From Candidatus Levyibacteriota bacterium (GTDB lineage: Bacteria > Patescibacteriota > Microgenomatia > Levybacterales > UBA12049), in assembly GCA_963790825.1 (NCBI GenBank), contig CAWBPM010000003.1:1-54352 (forward strand): a stretch of 54,352 bases of DNA, read 5' to 3'. The notes under the pieces are model-generated. The model had not been told where the DNA came from and did no database searches. It worked only from the letters and a program-made list of their open reading frames with translations. Below, in pieces: positions 17,703 to 27,443 of the stretch. The position numbers were made by a program, and so were the translations under genes. Numbering within the stretch: position 1 is the stretch's first letter; the number at the start of each line of letters is the position of its first letter.

Positions 17703-20700
17703 TTACTGAGATGCCCCGGTGTTTGACAGATTACCATTTTTATCAAAAACAAAGATCCGTGCGCTTTCAGATCCTGAACTTTCTGCAAGAGCTATGTTAA
17801 GATTTGGGACGATGTTTGTCGTAGCGTTATTTTTTTTATAGTCAAACCACACTGCGTCCGATAAGCCTACCGGAAATACCCAGGCTTCACCAATTCGAAT
17901 TGGAACATTTACGAAATAAAATACCGGATTTTGAATATCCCCCAATCCTTGATCTTCATACGCATTATTCATGTATTGCAGAACATTATCAGTTATCGTT
18001 CCTGCATGTTGCCAATCTTTCTCGGTGTTCGTTAATTGATTAATTTGGTAAAAGGAAAATAAGATTGTCAAAATAAATACAATAATATATTGAACAATTT
18101 GCGGTATTTCTTTTAGTGCGGAGAAAAGCTTTTGTATAATAAACACAAGAAAAAGAATGACAGCAAACGATGCTAAATACGTATACCTTGGCGCCATATT
18201 ACCAAAACCTAAAAACGGAAGAGAAGGAATAATAAATAAACTAACGCTCATAAGAACGGTTTTCTTTTCCAGGACGGGAAGTTTTTTATAGAAGAGTTCG
18301 TAGATAAGCCATACAAAAAGAATAAGAGCAATAATTATTAGTCCAATGAGTAGGATCTGCTGTCTTCCGTTTGCTCGAAGCAGGCTGTACCAGCCAAGAA
18401 ACGGTGTTCCGATAAGTGAATATGCGAAGAAACCGAAAAGATTTCCGACAAAGTTAAAGGGCAGTTTCAAGATATTATACGTATAGTCGCCTGCTGACCA
18501 TAAACTTTTTGACGAAATTTTTAAACAAAAATATAAAACAAAAGGAACCGCATACCACAGATAGTACAATTTTTCTGACAGTTTATTTGATTTACTAAGC
18601 AGCAGGTCGAAAGCGGGAATTAGGATAAATCCGATAACAGCGAACTCCTGAAAAAGAGGCGCCAGAAAGAGGCTAATTGCTGAAAGAATAATAAGCCAAA
18701 GTTTTTTTGTTTCCTGCCATTTAATTAATAAGTATAGTCCGAGAAGTATAAAAAATGACGCGAATAGATGACCCGACGCAGCTACCCAGTAGATAGTTTC
18801 TCCGTGAGATGCCAGTATAAGAAATATCAAGGCTGTTGTGAATGCATAAAATTTATTTCTTAGAATTCGTATACTAATAAGTAAAACCAGGATGGTCGAT
18901 CCCAAGTGAAAGAGAAGTGAAATAATATGATACGCTACGGGATTTAGCCAGCCGTACTCATTGTTATATAAAAGATACATATATGTTTTCATCGCGGGAC
19001 GGTAAAAAAAGTCCGGTGAATGAAGGAAAAAATCAGTAATAACATTTACTTTTGATTGACAATTGGTGACTCCCAGTTGCATCAGACTTCGACAATCTGA
19101 AACCCAACGGAACCAGGTAAAATCGTCGGCAACGAAATAATTATTAAACATTGTGTAAAAGACAGTGATACTGAGAACGAAAAGGTACATTCCAATGGCA
19201 GGAAGAGAAGTCAAAACATTTATAATTTCAGTCTTCATATGTATTTTCACTTCCTCTTTTTTATATAAGTGAAGAATCCCGACAGTGATTCCAACCATAA
19301 GCCACAGCGTATAGGCAATTTTTGATGCTTCAAACACGTCTATAAGGACGGCATTAAGACCTAACCCGAAAATGCCCGCGCTGACTCCTAAGACAAAGCT
19401 TCTCGTCAGTTTTGAGTTGACAAGTGGCAATATGCGATAGACATAAATCCCATATATAAGAAATATCAAGCCGAAGGCCATAAATCCGAGAATTCCTGTT
19501 TCGCCTAAAAAGCGAAAGTAGTTGCCATCAGTTGCAAGTGTAATTGAAGAATATCCGCTGCCAAATAATGGATCACGCAGAAATGCTTTAATAGCATTTG
19601 GCCATTCTGCCTGGAGACGGGTTGTGATAGAAGCATCAAGCGCTTGCGCTCTTTGGATAACGAAATTACCCTGCAGGTTTTGGATATCTATTGACTTAGA
19701 ATTACCGGATCTACTTCGAACTGTGATATGAGTGGCTTTTGTTACCGAAGATGACGTATTGATACTTACGCTACCGGGATATACTCCCGAACCTTGCGGT
19801 TGTATTTTATTAATGATAATTTCACCATTTTCTCCTTCCTGCTCATAGCCAATCAGCTTTCCTGTCTTTGTATCAATCACCCTATTAACGATCGAAAAAG
19901 TAGCAGCATAACGTGAATATAATCCGTTAAAAAAATGGAGCAGTAAAAGACTGATAATAATAACCGGGATAATCCATTTTTTTTGCTTCTGCAAAATAAG
20001 CATAAAACTAATAGCCAGTAGATACATAGCAAAAGACGTCCGGGATGCGGTCATCATGAGAGCGATTAAAGAAAACGTCGCAAGTAAAGCCAGTCCGATT
20101 TTAATCCACCATTTTTTATAGCCGAATATAAGACTCCCGACTAACGGAATGAGCATAACCATATAAGCTGCAAAATCATAATGCCCGGCAAAAGTGGATT
20201 GCAGCCGGTTTGCAGCATCAAGTACCATTGGAATACCCTTGGCAGATTCTTCATCCATCGTGGAAAAAGCAGGAAAATTATGCGGAAGAAACCTTTGCCC
20301 GAAACCATATCCCACAACTGCAGTAAGTGTCAGTAAGAGAACAATAATAAGTATATTAATTTGTTTTTTTTCTTTTATTGAAGCATACGCTACAAAAAAT
20401 AATGATAGGTATTCAATATGACGCAGAAAGAAAAGAAATGCATTTTTTATATAAATTCCCGGATCACTGGTAATGGTTGGGTCACTCGATAAATGGGGAA
20501 AAATAAATATCAGCCCTAATATGGTTGCGACTAAACCAACGAGCCAAAAAGAAAAAATCGCGATAGTTAGTGGTGATCTCCAGGATGCTTTTTTTCGCAC
20601 TACTTGAAAGAGATAAAAAAGTACAACCAGAAAGATAAGGAAATCCTCTAAACGAATATAAACGTTAATATGCGTGACAGAAATGAGCGGAAGTTTGGGA

Positions 20701-20777
20701 TACAACGGAATAAAAGCCAGTAGAAATAACGAGCAGAAAAAGAGCGAATTATTAGCTATCCACTTCAATAGTTTCAT
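17703..20777 (-). CDS. O-antigen-ligase-like (Wzy_C) protein fused to a second GT-C-type domain
   Basis: N-half: RLQSTF, TASRTS, PLFGSGY, DGNYFRFLGETGILG. C-half: YFVADDF, FYRP, YHIISLLFH, ETIYW. Confidence 0.75.
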   Translation of the reverse strand: MKLLKWIANNSLFFCSLFLLAFIPLYPKLPLISVTHINVYIRLEDFLIFLVVLFYLFQVVRKKASWRSPLTIAIFSFWLVGLVATILGLIFIFPHLSSDPTITSDPGIYIKNAFLFFLRHIEYLSLFFVAYASIKEKKQINILIIVLLLTLTAVVGYGFGQRFLPHNFPAFSTMDEESAKGIPMVLDAANRLQSTFAGHYDFAAYMVMLIPLVGSLIFGYKKWWIKIGLALLATFSLIALMMTASRTSFAMYLLAISFMLILQKQKKWIIPVIIISLLLLHFFNGLYSRYAATFSIVNRVIDTKTGKLIGYEQEGENGEIIINKIQPQGSGVYPGSVSINTSSSVTKATHITVRSRSGNSKSIDIQNLQGNFVIQRAQALDASITTRLQAEWPNAIKAFLRDPLFGSGYSSITLATDGNYFRFLGETGILGFMAFGLIFLIYGIYVYRILPLVNSKLTRSFVLGVSAGIFGLGLNAVLIDVFEASKIAYTLWLMVGITVGILHLYKKEEVKIHMKTEIINVLTSLPAIGMYLFVLSITVFYTMFNNYFVADDFTWFRWVSDCRSLMQLGVTNCQSKVNVITDFFLHSPDFFYRPAMKTYMYLLYNNEYGWLNPVAYHIISLLFHLGSTILVLLISIRILRNKFYAFTTALIFLILASHGETIYWVAASGHLFASFFILLGLYLLIKWQETKKLWLIILSAISLFLAPLFQEFAVIGFILIPAFDLLLSKSNKLSEKLYYLWYAVPFVLYFCLKISSKSLWSAGDYTYNILKLPFNFVGNLFGFFAYSLIGTPFLGWYSLLRANGRQQILLIGLIIIALILFVWLIYELFYKKLPVLEKKTVLMSVSLFIIPSLPFLGFGNMAPRYTYLASFAVILFLVFIIQKLFSALKEIPQIVQYIIVFILTILFSFYQINQLTNTEKDWQHAGTITDNVLQYMNNAYEDQGLGDIQNPVFYFVNVPIRIGEAWVFPVGLSDAVWFDYKKNNATTNIVPNLNIALAESSGSESARIFVFDKNGNLSNTGASQ

Positions 20778-20840
20778 ATTAAAATTGTAATCTCTTTCTA
20801 TATATTTATTTTAAAATGACGGAAATATCAATCATGATAC

Positions 20841-21443
20841 CTATCTGAACCAAGCAGCACGTCCCAATTGATAATGAGGGTCTTTAATTTTCCGCTCACC
20901 GATTATTTGCGCAGGTACGCCGCCTACAATCATATTTTCCGGAACATCCTTGGTAACTACTGCTCCTGCTGCTATTATGGCACCCTTATTAATTGTAACG
21001 CCCGGAAGAATAATTGCTCTGGGACCGATGAAAACATAATCATTAATTTTCACAGGTTCTGTAATTGCCGAGAAATTCTCATCTTGCAGATCATGCTCTG
21101 CATTATAAATCATCACCTCAGAAGCAATATCAACATGGTTGCCTATAGTCAACTTATTCCGCCCATCCAGAACTACTCCTTCGCCGATAATCGTATCTTC
21201 ACCAATTTCAGTTTGTCCGGTCTCATAAAATTTCGCACCCATGTGAATTCGTGATCCCTTACCGATTCTGATTCCATAGGCTCTGTAGAAAAAATTACGG
21301 ATGATGTGGGAGGGAAAGAAACTAATGAGATACAGAAAGAAAATGCCCAGCTCAAAAAAAATAGTATATGATCTCGTTAGTGCCTTTTCCATAACCTGCT
21401 TCGGTGTTAATTCATTTCCTATTCTATCTTTCATGTGTCCCAC
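20841..21443 (-). CDS. Hexapeptide-repeat sugar O-acetyltransferase
   Basis: IGKGSRI, IGEDTII, IGNHVDI, ILPGVTI, AAGAVVTKDVP..IVGGVPA. Confidence 0.9.
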   Translation of the reverse strand: MGHMKDRIGNELTPKQVMEKALTRSYTIFFELGIFFLYLISFFPSHIIRNFFYRAYGIRIGKGSRIHMGAKFYETGQTEIGEDTIIGEGVVLDGRNKLTIGNHVDIASEVMIYNAEHDLQDENFSAITEPVKINDYVFIGPRAIILPGVTINKGAIIAAGAVVTKDVPENMIVGGVPAQIIGERKIKDPHYQLGRAAWFR

Positions 21444-22554
21444 CTACCTCCTCCAATATTTTTATTGTTTCCTGGGCAGCTTTTTCCCAGCTGAACTTTT
21501 TTACTTGCTTTCTTCCTTTCTCAATCATGCTTTTCCTAAGTTCCCCGTCTTCTAGAACCATTTTTATTTTTTTTATAATATCCTGCGTATCTGTCGGTGT
21601 GACATATAAAGCCGCATCTCCTCCTGCTTCCGGCATACTGCTGACATTACTGGTAATAACAGGACAATCATATTTCATCGCTTCGAGAATTGGCAAACCA
21701 AATCCTTCATAAAGACAGGGCCAGACGAAGCATTTTGCATGTTTATAAAACAATGGTAAATCTTCATTTGGTACAAAATCAAGAAACTTTACATCTTTTT
21801 CAATGGCAAATTTTTTCGGAGCAGCTAAGATTTCCTCATATAACCAGCCTTTTTTTCCAATAATAACCAGTTGCAACGAATGATTTTTCGTTTCTTCCAA
21901 ATTGGAAAACGCTTCGATGAGACGGGTGATATTTTTCCGGGGCTGGAGAGTCCCGACAAACAGTAAATAATGTTCGTTTATCCCGTACTTCCGCTGTAAT
22001 TCCTGGATTGGGTAGACATGAGGCGTAAGATCTTGCATAAATTTGATGCCCGGATAAACAACACTGATTCTATCCTGAGGCAAATTATATAACTTAAGTA
22101 TATCACGTTTAGATGCCTCGCTTATTGTGATGATCTTTTTTGCTTTTTTCACAGAATACTTTGTCCATTGTTCGAGCTGATAGAGATCTTTCTTGGCAAA
22201 AAGCTGAGGAAAATGCGAGTATGCAACGTCCATGATCGAAATTACGGTCGGGCAGGGAGAAAAACGCGGTGCATAATGAGACGGCGAAAAGAAAACATCG
22301 GATTTTGGCCTTTGAAAGAATAAATGCACAGGCAGGGCAAATTGTGTCCATAATTTTTTTGGACCAAATACCCTATATTTCATAAGTTTAGAAGTATTTG
22401 GAAAATCTTCCACGGGTTTATTTTTTAAGAAAACTTCGAATTTTTTATCATTCGCGGAAAGTCTTACAAATTCTGTTAATAATTCATACGCGAATTCACT
22501 TACTCCGACACGTTCTGTGACATTTGCTTCATTTCCATCAATGCCGATAATCAT
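21424..22554 (-). CDS. Glycosyltransferase family 4
   Basis: GIDGNEAN, FVGTLQPRKN, YEGFGLPILEAM, SSMPEAGG, FSWEK. Confidence 0.93.
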   Translation of the reverse strand: MIIGIDGNEANVTERVGVSEFAYELLTEFVRLSANDKKFEVFLKNKPVEDFPNTSKLMKYRVFGPKKLWTQFALPVHLFFQRPKSDVFFSPSHYAPRFSPCPTVISIMDVAYSHFPQLFAKKDLYQLEQWTKYSVKKAKKIITISEASKRDILKLYNLPQDRISVVYPGIKFMQDLTPHVYPIQELQRKYGINEHYLLFVGTLQPRKNITRLIEAFSNLEETKNHSLQLVIIGKKGWLYEEILAAPKKFAIEKDVKFLDFVPNEDLPLFYKHAKCFVWPCLYEGFGLPILEAMKYDCPVITSNVSSMPEAGGDAALYVTPTDTQDIIKKIKMVLEDGELRKSMIEKGRKQVKKFSWEKAAQETIKILEEVGGTHER

Positions 22555-22557
22555 AAG

Positions 22558-23124
22558 TTATACTCCTGGATAAATAACAAACAATTTCTTTTCATCTATT
22601 CCTAAAATTTCTTTTGCGTCTTTTTTCGTTGACTCGGAAATACAAAGAAATGCTGACGATTCTTTTTTCGCCCAGGCAAGTTTCCTTTTCTGTATGGAAA
22701 TAATCTTTTTGTCCGTTTCCTCTGGATACTTAAAGACAATCAGATCATAAAGAATCGTCAACTTTTTAGCTCTTAATGACGGTGGCTCTGTCCAGTCCGA
22801 GGTAATGAACAAATCCACATCTCCAATTAACCATTCTACGGGTAAGATATGTAATTTGTTCCAAAGAAAATCAAGTAATGTTGGCGGAATTTTGAATCGC
22901 TTAATTGAAACATTGTGATTTGACTGCGACACTTTGGAAAAGTTAGTCTCCTTGTGGGGAAAATTGAAAATTGAAAATTGAAAATTCCTCCGTAAAGAAG
23001 AATAGAAAAGAATGTACTCATTCTCTTTATCTATAGCTGTCAAATATTTAATTAAGTTTCTAAGATACTCGGCTACCCCTGTATTTTTATACGCTAGTTG
23101 AGATATATCAATACCTATTTTCAT
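22558..23124 (-). CDS. GT4 N-terminal (acceptor-binding) domain only
   Basis: MKIGID, TGVAEY, TILYDL, ISESTKKD, ends VIYPGV at the inter-domain linker; no EGFG donor domain. Confidence 0.75.
   Translation of the reverse strand: MKIGIDISQLAYKNTGVAEYLRNLIKYLTAIDKENEYILFYSSLRRNFQFSIFNFPHKETNFSKVSQSNHNVSIKRFKIPPTLLDFLWNKLHILPVEWLIGDVDLFITSDWTEPPSLRAKKLTILYDLIVFKYPEETDKKIISIQKRKLAWAKKESSAFLCISESTKKDAKEILGIDEKKLFVIYPGV
22959..22986 (+). repeat. Perfect tandem repeat (GAAAATT)x4 inside coding sequence
   Basis: Units at 22959, 22966, 22973, 22980; reads NFQFSIFNF on the minus strand. Confidence 0.9.
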
Positions 23125-23250
23125 TTTATTTTTCCTTGTTTATATAGCATAAAACAATTGACTTATAAAAAAAAGGTATTAATTAATATGAGATTGAACG
23201 ATCCTTCGGGAATAGAAAACAACGAGATCGAATATATCTTCATTTTCAAA

Positions 23251-24198
23251 TTATTTATCCGACGAGTATTTAAGAGGAAAGTGAGCCTTTTCCTCATCAA
23301 GTAGCCTCGGTGTATGGGCAATATTAATCATTAAATCTGCCAGAAATCCGGTGAAGAAAATCTGAAATCCGGCCAAAACAAATAACGCGCCGAATAAAAG
23401 TAACGGTCGTCTGCCAATTGTCACATGGTAAAATTCATGAATAAATGAAAGATACAAAAGCATAATTAAGCCAATTATCAAACAAATTCCTCCCATTAAA
23501 CCAAAGAAGTGTAACGGCCTTTTGCCATATTTTACTAAAAACAACATCGTGAACATATCGGGAAGGTCCTTCCAAAGTTTGGAAAAACCATATTTTGACT
23601 TTCCATACTTTCTCGCAGCATGTTCTACTTCTACCTCATCAACACTAAAACCTTGTTCATATGCGAGAAGCGGAATAAAACGATGCAGCCCGCCGTACAA
23701 ACGTAAACTTTTTGCCGCCTCATTGGTATAAAGTTTTAAACCGCAGTTATAATCATGCAAACGAAGATCAAAGAGCCATCCAACAATATTATTAAAAATC
23801 CAAGAAATAAAAATCATCGAAGATTTTCTTTTTTGGTTCTTTCTCCAGCCACAGACTACCTCAGCACCTTTTTTATGCTTTTCAAGCAGTTTCCAAATCT
23901 CTGACGGTTTATCCTGAAGATCGGCATCCAGCGTCACTATCAGCTCTCCTTTAGCTTTAATAAAACCGTAGGTTAGAGCTTCAGCCTTACCTAAATTTCT
24001 TCTAAAGGAGAAGACATGAACGCGTTTATTTTTTTCTGCCAGTTTTTTTAAGATTTGCAGCGAAGTATCAATTGATCCGTCATCGATAAAAATAAATTCA
24101 TATTCTCCATCAAGAGTCGGCGCAATCTTCATCACTTCCTCATACAAATGAGGAAGTGCCTCCTCTTCATTCAATACCGGGATAATAATACTTATCAT
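23251..24198 (-). CDS. GT2 polyprenyl-phosphate glycosyltransferase (ArnC/GtrB-like)
   Basis: IIPVLNEE, DDGS.D, RNLGKAEAL, DADLQD, HDYNCGLK, HRFIP, two C-terminal TM. Confidence 0.9.
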   Translation of the reverse strand: MISIIIPVLNEEEALPHLYEEVMKIAPTLDGEYEFIFIDDGSIDTSLQILKKLAEKNKRVHVFSFRRNLGKAEALTYGFIKAKGELIVTLDADLQDKPSEIWKLLEKHKKGAEVVCGWRKNQKRKSSMIFISWIFNNIVGWLFDLRLHDYNCGLKLYTNEAAKSLRLYGGLHRFIPLLAYEQGFSVDEVEVEHAARKYGKSKYGFSKLWKDLPDMFTMLFLVKYGKRPLHFFGLMGGICLIIGLIMLLYLSFIHEFYHVTIGRRPLLLFGALFVLAGFQIFFTGFLADLMINIAHTPRLLDEEKAHFPLKYSSDK

Positions 24199-24362
24199 AT
24201 ATTCAATTTAGTATAGCCTTATAATTTTACCATGTTTCAGGTGCTTTAGGATAGAGAATAGCAAATAATATACAGGGCAAGAATTCATAAAATTTTTATA
24301 GGACATAGTACTAGTATACTATAAATTAGCTTGGGATAACAATAAAATTTTACTTATTATGG

Positions 24363-25298
24363 TTATTTCTTAAAAGTTTTTAGGAAAAATTGGTGAGTTT
24401 TTTGCAAGCCTTTTGGCAGTGTTGTGCTGTGTTTCCAGCCTAAAGCATTTATTTTTGATACGTCAAGAAGTCTTCGTGGCATGCCATCCGGTTTGGTCGT
24501 ATCAAAAATGAGCTTTCCTTTATAGCCGACAATTTCCTTTATAAGTAATGCAAGTTCTTTTATGGAAACATCTTCCCCTGTACCGATATTTAGAAATTCA
24601 GGTTTTTCATACTCTTGAAGCATCCAATATACTGCGTTTGCAAGATCGTCCACATATAAGAATTCTCTCCTGCTATTTCCACTACCCCAAACCACAACTT
24701 CGGGTTCTTTCTTTGTCTTGGCAGTATGAAATCTTCGGAAGAGTGCGGGAATTACGTGAGAAGATTCTTCGTCGAAATGATCGTTTTTCCCATAAATATT
24801 TGTTGGCATACAAGAAATAAAATGTTTTTGGTATTGCCTGTATATCATTTTACATAATTCCACTCCAGCTATTTTTGCAATAGCATATCCTTCATTGGTT
24901 GGTTCTACTCTTCCGGTCATAAAATATTCTTCCTTCATCGGCTGGGGACATTCACGGGGATAAACACAAGAACTGCCCAAAAACAATAATTTTGTGGCGT
25001 CATTTTTAAGCGCCGCCCAGATGATATTATTTTGAATTTGCAGGTTTTCGTATAAAAAATCTGCAATATATGTCATGTTTACTTTAATTCCTCCTACCCT
25101 AGCAGCACTGACAATAACATACTCCGGTTTTTCACTCTTAAAAAACGCTTCTACTTCTTGCTGATTGAAGAGGTCTAATTCTCTTCTTGTTTTATAGATA
25201 AGGTTCTTATATCCTTCTTTATCAAACTTTCTCAAGATACTCGATCCCACCATTCCAGTGTGTCCTGTAATATATATTTTTTTATTTTTTGCTATCAT
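24363..25298 (-). CDS. fcl: GDP-L-fucose synthase family protein (Fcl/ColC-like)
   Basis: [59 protein letters not shown]. Confidence 0.9.
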   Translation of the reverse strand: MIAKNKKIYITGHTGMVGSSILRKFDKEGYKNLIYKTRRELDLFNQQEVEAFFKSEKPEYVIVSAARVGGIKVNMTYIADFLYENLQIQNNIIWAALKNDATKLLFLGSSCVYPRECPQPMKEEYFMTGRVEPTNEGYAIAKIAGVELCKMIYRQYQKHFISCMPTNIYGKNDHFDEESSHVIPALFRRFHTAKTKKEPEVVVWGSGNSRREFLYVDDLANAVYWMLQEYEKPEFLNIGTGEDVSIKELALLIKEIVGYKGKLIFDTTKPDGMPRRLLDVSKINALGWKHSTTLPKGLQKTHQFFLKTFKK

Positions 25299-25307
25299 AA
25301 ATAAACT

Positions 25308-26486
25308 TTAACCAAATATCGCCAGTAGTTGCGCTATCTCATCTCCATTAAGCTCCGGATTATTGCCGAAATACATACCGTTTTCGTTGATTAAAGTTGA
25401 GTTGCACTCTCCCAAAACGTCAGTATACTCCGGCATGTGTTTGGTATAAAATGGTTGGCGAGTCATGTCGCCTCCGACAATAGGTCTAACTTCTACTTTT
25501 CCTTTGCATTTTTTAATCAAATCATCGCGAATTTTTTGTGATTTGCAGATAATCGGCACGGCGAAATTTGAAACAAGATCGATATGGTCATATTTAATCG
25601 GATAATAACGATCTGTTCGGGTATAAATCTTTTTTGCCAGTTTTTTAAAGTTTTGTTGTCTTTTTTTTATTATTTCGTTGATGTAGGGAAGTTGCAGATT
25701 GCCAATAAAACCGTTTATCTCGCTCGGTCGAAGATTATAGCCAACATCATAAAATGTATATTTTGAATAGAAATGAGATACGACATTGTGTTTCTTTCGC
25801 AAAAGCAGTTGCGTATCAGAGTCCAAATTCCTGTCCCAACCGTGAGCCCGAACGAGCTTAAGCATAATAGCTATTTCTTTATCATCAGTACAAACCGCAC
25901 CTCCTTCAATTGTCGACATATGATGACCAACAAAAAAAGAAAATGTACTTGCCAGACCAAAATTTCCCAGTTTGATTTTTTTATACACCGATCCTAAAGA
26001 TTCACAATTATCTTCAAGAAGAATGATCTTTCGCTTGGAACAGATTTTTTTAATTTCATCGATATCATCACAAAATCCAAGCAGATTTGTCAAAAATAAT
26101 AATTTAATTGGGAACTTTTTTAAAATCTTTAATAAATTTTTACTGGAAACATTTAAAGTATTTAACTCCACGTCTACAGGAATAGCATGCAGACCGAGTT
26201 GAATCAGTGGCATCGGATTCGTTGCCCAAGTTAAGGCCGAAAAGGCAGCTGAATCAGACTTATGAATTCTTCCTGTATTCAGCAAAGCTTGGACAATCGC
26301 TAAGTTTGCCGAGCTCCCACTGTTAAAAAACACACAATATTTTCTTCCCTGGTATTTAGCAAAATTTTTTTCAAACTTTGCACACTCTGGTCCGATACTC
26401 AGTTGCTTTGCCGAAATAATAAAATTACTCAATTTTTTCTTTGTCTCTTCTTCCTGGTAGAACATTGATTTAATTAACTTTATCAT
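25308..26486 (-). CDS. colD: PLP-dependent sugar 3-dehydratase, ColD-like (DegT family, His in place of Lys)
   Basis: NSGSSANL, EDNCESLG, FSFFVGHHMSTIEGG, RAHGWDR, GYNLRP, VEVRPIVGG; adjacent to Fcl/ColC-like gene. Confidence 0.78.
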   Translation of the reverse strand: MIKLIKSMFYQEEETKKKLSNFIISAKQLSIGPECAKFEKNFAKYQGRKYCVFFNSGSSANLAIVQALLNTGRIHKSDSAAFSALTWATNPMPLIQLGLHAIPVDVELNTLNVSSKNLLKILKKFPIKLLFLTNLLGFCDDIDEIKKICSKRKIILLEDNCESLGSVYKKIKLGNFGLASTFSFFVGHHMSTIEGGAVCTDDKEIAIMLKLVRAHGWDRNLDSDTQLLLRKKHNVVSHFYSKYTFYDVGYNLRPSEINGFIGNLQLPYINEIIKKRQQNFKKLAKKIYTRTDRYYPIKYDHIDLVSNFAVPIICKSQKIRDDLIKKCKGKVEVRPIVGGDMTRQPFYTKHMPEYTDVLGECNSTLINENGMYFGNNPELNGDEIAQLLAIFG

Positions 26487-26546
26487 ACAAATAGTTATTG
26501 AAGACTAAAAAAACTGTTCCAAATACTTCCTTAGTCTACATCTCCC

Positions 26547-27441
26547 TGTTAAGTACCCATTTCTTTAGATAAACGGTCCAAACCTTCTTTTTTAATATAG
26601 TAGTTTAATCTGAACTGTGCCGGACTCATACTTAATGATGTATGTCTTCTTTTGTTATTGTAATAATAAATCGTTTGATAAATTGCCTCGATTAATTCTC
26701 CGAGAGATTTGAATTGTCCCATGTGTTCTAAGTCCACTTTAAACTTACCATAAAATGACTTCTGAAATCCATTCTGCCAGGGACTGGTTTTATCAGCAAA
26801 GAAAATTATTATTCCTTTCCCTTTAACATATGTTTTGTAGTCTTGGCTGGTATATTCTGATCCCTGATCGGAATGCAGGTAAACAGGATCTATTCCGGTA
26901 TTTTTTTCAGCAGCCATAAAAGCTTCCATTACCAAGTTCTTGTTATGGAACCTACTGGTTGCTACTCCTATAACTTCTCTTGTATACATATCCATAATGG
27001 TTGCCAGATAGATAAATTTGCCTTCAAATTTAATGTAGGTAAAATCAGATACCCAGACTACGTTTAGAGCTATAGAGCAAAGCAATTTATACACATTTAC
27101 GCAGTCTTCCTACGGTGCTTTGCCCATGTCCTCTTTTTTAAATGGTTTCTTAACCCTTCTCTTATATGGCCTGATGTTAAACTTTTTCATTACCCTAAGT
27201 ATCCGCTTCTTGTTTGGTTTTAACTCCGGAGCAATACGCTTATGTCCATAAGCTTTATTCTCCGCTAATACTGCCTCTATTTGACGCCTTACTTCCTCAT
27301 CAATCAGAGGACGCTTCTTCTGATACTAGAGTGATTGCCGACTCACCCTGTCACAGTCCTTATGTCCATTGCAACACTAACCTAGCAAAACACTATCGCA
27401 TTGTCAAACTCTACGTATGTCGAAATTCTGAGATCTTACCA
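26547..27441 (-). mobile_element. IS3-family insertion sequence remnant
   Basis: Tentative imperfect TG-starting ends (TGTTAAGTACCCA.. at 26547; TGGTAAGATCTCA.. minus from 27441); no clear target duplication. Confidence 0.6.
26549..27349 (-). pseudogene. IS3-family transposase pseudogene (HTH-like plus rve/DDE)
   Basis: One frame RVSRQSL*YQKKRP..YGHKRIA..KAP*EDC..WVSDFTY..HSDQGSEY..NGFQKSF; TAG at 27328-27326 and 27112-27110; third DDE acid is Lys. Confidence 0.88.
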
Positions 27442-27443
27442 AT

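Noticed and set aside
24199-24362. 164-bp gap with near-palindrome ATAGTACTAGTATACTAT as ncRNA or operator
   Set aside because: Imperfect, AT-rich and explainable as promoter sequence; no recognisable RNA structure
27110-27328. Two in-frame TAG codons in the transposase as possible amber recoding
   Set aside because: TAG is a genuine stop for intact genes here (9948, 20841, 21424), and the transposase also lost its catalytic Glu; decay is simpler
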